Position numbers and translations under genes: made by a program
Notes under the pieces: generated by a model
Seen by the model: only the letters and a program-made list of their open reading frames with translations
Told to the model about the DNA's origin: nothing
Databases searched by the model: none
DNA from: Promethearchaeia archaeon
Lineage (GTDB): Archaea; Asgardarchaeota; Lokiarchaeia; Sigyniarchaeales; SOKP01
Length of the DNA: 64,000 nt
Direction: 5' to 3'
Assembly: GCA_029856145.1 (NCBI GenBank)
Contig: JAHQWK010000016.1
Location: 32,001-96,000, forward strand
Part shown: positions 59,234 to 64,000 of the stretch, in pieces
How the letters are laid out: every line of letters starts with the position of its first letter
Position numbering within the stretch: the stretch's first letter is position 1

Positions 59234-59910
59234 TTGTAAAAGAATTTAATATTCAAGACTTAAATTTGCATTATTATGTTGGGATCTATCAAATCAAAAT
59301 AAATCTGGATAGGTTTATAGCTACTGATAAAATAGATAATAAAGAAAAGATTTTAAACCAGTTTTTCAATATAATTAAAGAGATACAAGATAAATATGAA
59401 AATTCAGTGGTACAGTTTATTAAAGATAAGTATATACTAAATCAGGACCACATTTTCACAGCATGCTATTATTTAGAGAAAGCATTTCTACAGAATAAAA
59501 ACATTTCCAATAAAAAGAATATTGAACTTTTACTGTATCTAGCCACTAATCGGCAAATTAATAAGAGTATTAAAGGCTTTGGGATTGATTATTCCGATTT
59601 AAATAAAGATAAACTAACTTATTGTATAATCTCACCGCAAAATAATTTAAATAATATTTATGTTAATTTATCGAGTGTTTTATTGGCTGAAGAAGAGGAA
59701 TTCACAATAAATGATCAATCAAATACTAAGATTAATTTAATACAAGAATATTTTGAAATTTCTGATAATCAGCTTAATTCTGTTCTTAAATCTTATGGAA
59801 TTATTACACATAATTCAGATCTTAGTTTAAGTTCAGTGGTTTCAGCATTATACGATTTAATTTGTGAAAAAATGGCTCTATTATATGTAGAGAAAGCAAA
59901 AAATGTATAA
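59215..59910 (+). CDS. cgi121: KEOPS subunit Cgi121-like
   Basis: 'NISNKKNIELLLYLATNRQINKSIKGFG', C-terminal 'EKMAL'. Confidence 0.82.
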   Translation: MESAGVIVKEFNIQDLNLHYYVGIYQIKINLDRFIATDKIDNKEKILNQFFNIIKEIQDKYENSVVQFIKDKYILNQDHIFTACYYLEKAFLQNKNISNKKNIELLLYLATNRQINKSIKGFGIDYSDLNKDKLTYCIISPQNNLNNIYVNLSSVLLAEEEEFTINDQSNTKINLIQEYFEISDNQLNSVLKSYGIITHNSDLSLSSVVSALYDLICEKMALLYVEKAKNV

Positions 59911-59921
59911 ACTCTAGTATC

Positions 59922-60455
59922 TTACATCTTAAATCTAATAATTTCATTTTTTTTCAAAAATGATACTCCACTTATATTTCCTAGTATTTCAATTCTAACA
60001 ATTTTATCTGGATTTTCAAGATCGACTTTGTTATCTATAACATTTGCAATTGTTTCAATAAAATTATTTCTTTCGATTTTTTCGTGATGTCTACGCTTTA
60101 AAGTTATCTTAAAAGAATCTTTTTCATCAATAAACTCTTTATGGTTTTCTTGTATTATCTGTTCTATTGTTTTAGTATCAGTTTCACAAATGAAATCTAT
60201 AGGTATAATTTTTAATATAAATTGAAAAAAGTTAGGATTTCTTTCCTGGATTTTATTAATCTTAGAAATAACCTTTTTTGGGCTTAAATTAGTTAACGCC
60301 GTAATTAATCCTGGAAACTGAATTCCTGAAATGATGGGGTATGTGTCATCACACATTAGTAATGTAAACCATAATTCTGATTTTGCGTTTGTTTCATTAT
60401 ATCGTGAAGTTGATACTAAAAGATTAAAATTCTTCGTATATATCACTCCTGCCAT
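59922..60455 (-). CDS. THUMP-domain RNA-binding protein
   Basis: 'SFKITLKRR', 'VDLENPDKIVRIEI.G'. Confidence 0.9.
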   Translation of the reverse strand: MAGVIYTKNFNLLVSTSRYNETNAKSELWFTLLMCDDTYPIISGIQFPGLITALTNLSPKKVISKINKIQERNPNFFQFILKIIPIDFICETDTKTIEQIIQENHKEFIDEKDSFKITLKRRHHEKIERNNFIETIANVIDNKVDLENPDKIVRIEILGNISGVSFLKKNEIIRFKM

Positions 60456-61135
60456 TTTGATAAAAACTCTAATATTTCTTCATCAGAAATTTTTCCAATT
60501 CGTAAAAATTTTACCTCTCCAAAGGTACAATCTACAATTGTGGTTGGTAGTTTGGTTTTTGACTTACCACCATCAATGATTAAATCGATAGGACTTAGAA
60601 TTTTTTTCGTTACTTCTTCTCCACTTAAAGAAGGGGGTTCTCCAGAATAATTAGCTGAAGTACCAATAATCCCTCCAAAATAACCTCTTTCCTTTAAAAG
60701 TTTTAAAATGGTTAAAATTATTTCATTTTCAGGAATTCGTATCCCTATTGTATTTTGAAAAGCAGTGACTTCTGGCGGGATAATACACGGTTCTTTTCTT
60801 TTCAATATTAAAGTTAATTGACCTGGCCAATAGTGATCTGCCAATTTTCTAGCAGTGTCATTGAATTCTGCAATTTTATTAGCTTCTTCATAGTCCGAAA
60901 CTAATAATAATAATCCTTTTGATCTGTCACGAAATTTAATGTCATATATTCTGTTTATAACTTCCAGATTTTGAGGATCCCCTCCAATTCCATAAACAGA
61001 ATCTGTTGGGAAAGCAATAACTTTCCCTTCAATTATATTTTCAACTGCAATATCGAGATAAAACTTAATGTCTTTTAGTTCCTTCCCAGCTAACTTAATT
61101 AAAAAACCCATTTGAATACCATTCCAATTTAACAC
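60443..61135 (-). CDS. tsaC: L-threonylcarbamoyladenylate synthase (Sua5/TsaC)
   Basis: 'FPTDSVYGIG', 'IK.R', 'WPGQLT', 'GTSAN.SG', 'PTTIVD'. Confidence 0.93.
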   Translation of the reverse strand: MLNWNGIQMGFLIKLAGKELKDIKFYLDIAVENIIEGKVIAFPTDSVYGIGGDPQNLEVINRIYDIKFRDRSKGLLLLVSDYEEANKIAEFNDTARKLADHYWPGQLTLILKRKEPCIIPPEVTAFQNTIGIRIPENEIILTILKLLKERGYFGGIIGTSANYSGEPPSLSGEEVTKKILSPIDLIIDGGKSKTKLPTTIVDCTFGEVKFLRIGKISDEEILEFLSKWQE

Positions 61136-61171
61136 TAATAATAAAAAATAGAATATGCAAAAATATAAAGA

Positions 61172-62113
61172 TTATTTTGGATACTGTTCTTGGCAACTTA
61201 AATCAGCTTCTAGACGTTTCCAAGTATGATCTAAATAATCTTGGAGTTCAATTAAATCCTTTTCTGAAATATTAGCAAATCTTTTTTGTCTAGAAAGATA
61301 ATCCATCAGAGAAGCTCTCTTTGAAGGATCCAATAGCGGTTTGCTTGCTTTTGATAATGTCATGATTCCTTTTTCTACTTCATATAGAATCCATGAACCA
61401 GTTTTTACAGCTAATCGGGAGATTTCTATGGTATCTTCTGAATTAAATCCCCATCCTGTACAACAAGGAGCCATAATATGGATATATCTACAACCTTTAA
61501 TCGATTTGGCTTTTATAAATTTATCATATAAATCAAGTGGTTCACTGATAGAACAAGTAGCTACATAAGGTATATCATGAGCCGCCATAATTGCGGGAAG
61601 ATTCTTTTTAAAACGATCTTTTCCCTTTGTAGTTGTGCTTGTCCATGCTCCATGTGGCGTACTTGAAGATCTTTGAATACCTGTATTCATATATGCTTCA
61701 TTGTCGTAACATACATAAATTTGATCAGAATTTCTTTCTGCTGCTCCACTTAAACCTTGAATTCCTATGTCTGCAGTACCACCATCTCCAGCAAATGTAA
61801 TCGTAGTCATCTCGTCCCAACCCTTACCAGGAAATCTATATGCTTTCGCTTTGAAAGCAGCAGACATACCCGTCGCACCTGCTGCACCTGCTGCAAAAGC
61901 CATATTTGTGAATGGAAAATTTGGTGCTGTTTTAGGCCATAATCCTACTACAACATTTAGACAGGAAGCGGGCGTTACAAGAGCTGTGTTAGGTCCTAAC
62001 GCCTTTATTGCCCATCTAATGGCAATTTCTAGCCCACACCCCGCACAACAAGAATTTCCCGGAAGGAAATATTCTTCTTGACATGATTCTAAAGCTTCTT
62101 TTAATTTTACCAT
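61172..62113 (-). CDS. porB: Pyruvate/2-oxoacid:ferredoxin oxidoreductase beta subunit
   Basis: CAGCG, 'GDGGTADIG', 'DNEAYMNTGIQRS'. Confidence 0.93.
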   Translation of the reverse strand: MVKLKEALESCQEEYFLPGNSCCAGCGLEIAIRWAIKALGPNTALVTPASCLNVVVGLWPKTAPNFPFTNMAFAAGAAGATGMSAAFKAKAYRFPGKGWDEMTTITFAGDGGTADIGIQGLSGAAERNSDQIYVCYDNEAYMNTGIQRSSSTPHGAWTSTTTKGKDRFKKNLPAIMAAHDIPYVATCSISEPLDLYDKFIKAKSIKGCRYIHIMAPCCTGWGFNSEDTIEISRLAVKTGSWILYEVEKGIMTLSKASKPLLDPSKRASLMDYLSRQKRFANISEKDLIELQDYLDHTWKRLEADLSCQEQYPK

Positions 62114-62117
62114 TATT

Positions 62118-63374
62118 TTATTCTACCTCCAATAATCCATCCCAGAGAGTTCCATGAATCATATCTTTTGGAAGTTCTCCAGTTTCGTTATATCTAACTA
62201 ACTTTAATAATTGATCTTTTTGTTGTTCAAGTGTAACTTCTCTTCCTCCCAATCCATTAATTATTGGTAAAACTGTTGCAGTTCCTTTTGTTTCATGTAG
62301 AGCTGCTTTAACTTCACAACTCACAGGTCCTCCAGTTTGAGAACCAAAGGCTGTAGCTCTATCTATAACTCCAAGTAATTTCACCTTTTTAGCAACTTCA
62401 ATAATATCTTCTGTTGGAAATGGTCTAAAATGGCGAAGCTTTACCATCCCAACTTTATACCCTTCATCTCTTAAATCTTCTACTGCTTGTTCCATTTGTA
62501 AAGCTAAATCTCCATAAATAATTACTCCCACATCTGCATCATCGATTTTGTACTCTTGAATTAATCCATTACCATAATTTCTACCAAAGGTTTGCTCAAA
62601 TTCCTTAGCAACCTTTTTAATTTTCTCTTTCGCTCTTATATTTGCATCATGAATTTTCAATCTAAATTCATAATAAAAACTAGAAGGCATAATAAGATTA
62701 CCAAACATCATCGGTCTTTTTGGATCCATCCAGATATGTGGCCAACCTTCCTCACTTGGTAAAGGCGGTAAAAATTTATCTACAAGATCTTGATCTTCTA
62801 GAACAACCGGTTTCGAAGTATGTGAAAGAATAAATCCCCCATAAGATACAAACTTAGGCAAAAGAATATCGTGATCTTCACAAACCTTATAAGACATAAG
62901 AATTTCATCATATATTTCTTGATGCTCTGATGAAAAGCAACTCAACCATCCTGTATCCCGCTGACTTATCACATCAGTAAAATCAGCCCAAATATTCCAT
63001 GGTGGTGCAGGTCCTCGTGAAGCAATCGCAACAACTATGGGAAGTCTAGCACCTGCAGCCCAATGAATCATTTCATGAGCATAAAATATTCCTTGACCTG
63101 ATGTAGCTGTAAATGTTCTAGTACCTGCTTTACTTGCTCCAACAACCGCCGCAAAAACACTATGTTCTGACTCCATTTTTATATATTCAGTCCCTGGCAT
63201 TAGTCCATTATCCACAAATTCAGACAATTTTTCAACCACAGTAGTTTGTGGAGTAATTGGATACGCACTAATAACTTGAACTCGTGCTGATTTTGCTGCA
63301 TAAGCTGCAGCTACATTACCTTTTATAATAATAGATTCTCTCTTTTGGATAAAATCTTCCTGGGTTTCAACCAT
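62118..63374 (-). CDS. porA: Pyruvate/2-oxoacid:ferredoxin oxidoreductase alpha subunit
   Basis: 'AYPITPQT', 'ESEHS', 'TATSGQG', 'FRPFP', 'GLGGR'. Confidence 0.93.
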   Translation of the reverse strand: MVETQEDFIQKRESIIIKGNVAAAYAAKSARVQVISAYPITPQTTVVEKLSEFVDNGLMPGTEYIKMESEHSVFAAVVGASKAGTRTFTATSGQGIFYAHEMIHWAAGARLPIVVAIASRGPAPPWNIWADFTDVISQRDTGWLSCFSSEHQEIYDEILMSYKVCEDHDILLPKFVSYGGFILSHTSKPVVLEDQDLVDKFLPPLPSEEGWPHIWMDPKRPMMFGNLIMPSSFYYEFRLKIHDANIRAKEKIKKVAKEFEQTFGRNYGNGLIQEYKIDDADVGVIIYGDLALQMEQAVEDLRDEGYKVGMVKLRHFRPFPTEDIIEVAKKVKLLGVIDRATAFGSQTGGPVSCEVKAALHETKGTATVLPIINGLGGREVTLEQQKDQLLKLVRYNETGELPKDMIHGTLWDGLLEVE

Positions 63375-63714
63375 CTTTTATGTCACTCTCTCTTACCATT
63401 TCTATATTATTTGTTGGACATTCTTTAGCACATATCCCACAACCTTTACAATATATCAAGTTAATTTCGAATGAACCATCTTCTTTTCTTTTGATTACAC
63501 CCTCTGGACAATACATCCAGCATATTCCGCATTTATTACATCCTTCTTTAATGACGGGTCTAAAAGTTCTCCAATCACCCGTTGTTCCTATATTTCCATC
63601 AATTGGTAATGAAATTGGAATTGGGGATAATTCTTTCCAATTTTTATATTCTTGAACCTTAGGACGTTCTTTTACTGATTTATTAATTTTTTTCCATTTT
63701 TCTGATTCTGACAT
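63367..63714 (-). CDS. porD: Oxidoreductase delta subunit (2x[4Fe-4S])
   Basis: 'TGDWRTFRP', CNKCGICWMYCP, CKGCGICAKECP. Confidence 0.93.
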   Translation of the reverse strand: MSESEKWKKINKSVKERPKVQEYKNWKELSPIPISLPIDGNIGTTGDWRTFRPVIKEGCNKCGICWMYCPEGVIKRKEDGSFEINLIYCKGCGICAKECPTNNIEMVRESDIKDG

Positions 63715-63716
63715 GA

Positions 63717-64000
63717 CTACATCTCTCTTACTGATTCATAAGCGTCTTTTGCAACGCTCATATTTTTTTCTAATCTACTTTCACCAAATTGCTTTTTAAT
63801 TACTTTTTCCATTGTTTCAAGATTATAATACCCAGTAATCTTTCCAAAAGCCCCTAACATAGGAATATTTAGAATTGGACCACTAGCATGCATAAAATTT
63901 TTCTTAATGCAAATTCCTGTTGCATCAATAAGAAAGATCTTTATGTTATTAGGGAAATCGCTTGTATATATAGGATCTGGGCTATTAACTATCAGCGTTA
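63717..64000 (-). CDS. porG: Oxidoreductase gamma subunit, 3' part (truncated by window)
   Basis: Minus frame 'IDATGIC..NIPMLGAFGKITG..KNMSVAKDAYESVREM*'. Confidence 0.85.
   Translation of the reverse strand, partial: TLIVNSPDPIYTSDFPNNIKIFLIDATGICIKKNFMHASGPILNIPMLGAFGKITGYYNLETMEKVIKKQFGESRLEKNMSVAKDAYESVREM

Noticed and set aside
1-64000. CRISPR arrays, IS elements, prophage, rRNA
   Set aside because: No regularly spaced repeats, transposase/integrase motifs or rRNA-like sequence seen.

Overview
AT-rich archaeal chromosome segment, most consistent with an Asgard archaeon (Lokiarchaeia-like). It carries a profilin-like gene, a Loki-type family-5 ABC binding protein and RHH-DHp-receiver regulators among core genes: pelota, elf1, rnhB-fibrillarin-nop5-pyrD-pyrK, elp3, gatED, rpl2, tfb, the proteasome/exosome superoperon, ECF transporter, KEOPS/tsaC and porBADG. 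There are four tRNA genes; two carry three bulge-helix-bulge (BHB) introns in total. Main discovery: two conserved protein-coding genes, elf1 and rnhB, are each interrupted inside a signature motif by a 30-32 nt stop-containing hairpin that folds as a BHB. Cutting at the canonical BHB sites restores CPECG and DEAGRG exactly, implying tRNA-endonuclease-type mRNA splicing. Second: a candidate actin/membrane-remodelling module, made of an unannotated 50-aa WH2/actobindin-like peptide, a SNX-BAR-like protein and a coiled-coil/polyproline WASH/VASP-like protein, with a profilin elsewhere in the window. Also notable: an 8-gene unknown operon with an AAA ATPase, a degenerate SMC-like and a kite-like protein; tandem AN1-finger membrane proteases (one a pseudo-rhomboid); a LITAF-like protein; apparent non-AUG starts; and a possible G-rich sRNA. 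All family calls come from motif recognition by eye, not database searches.
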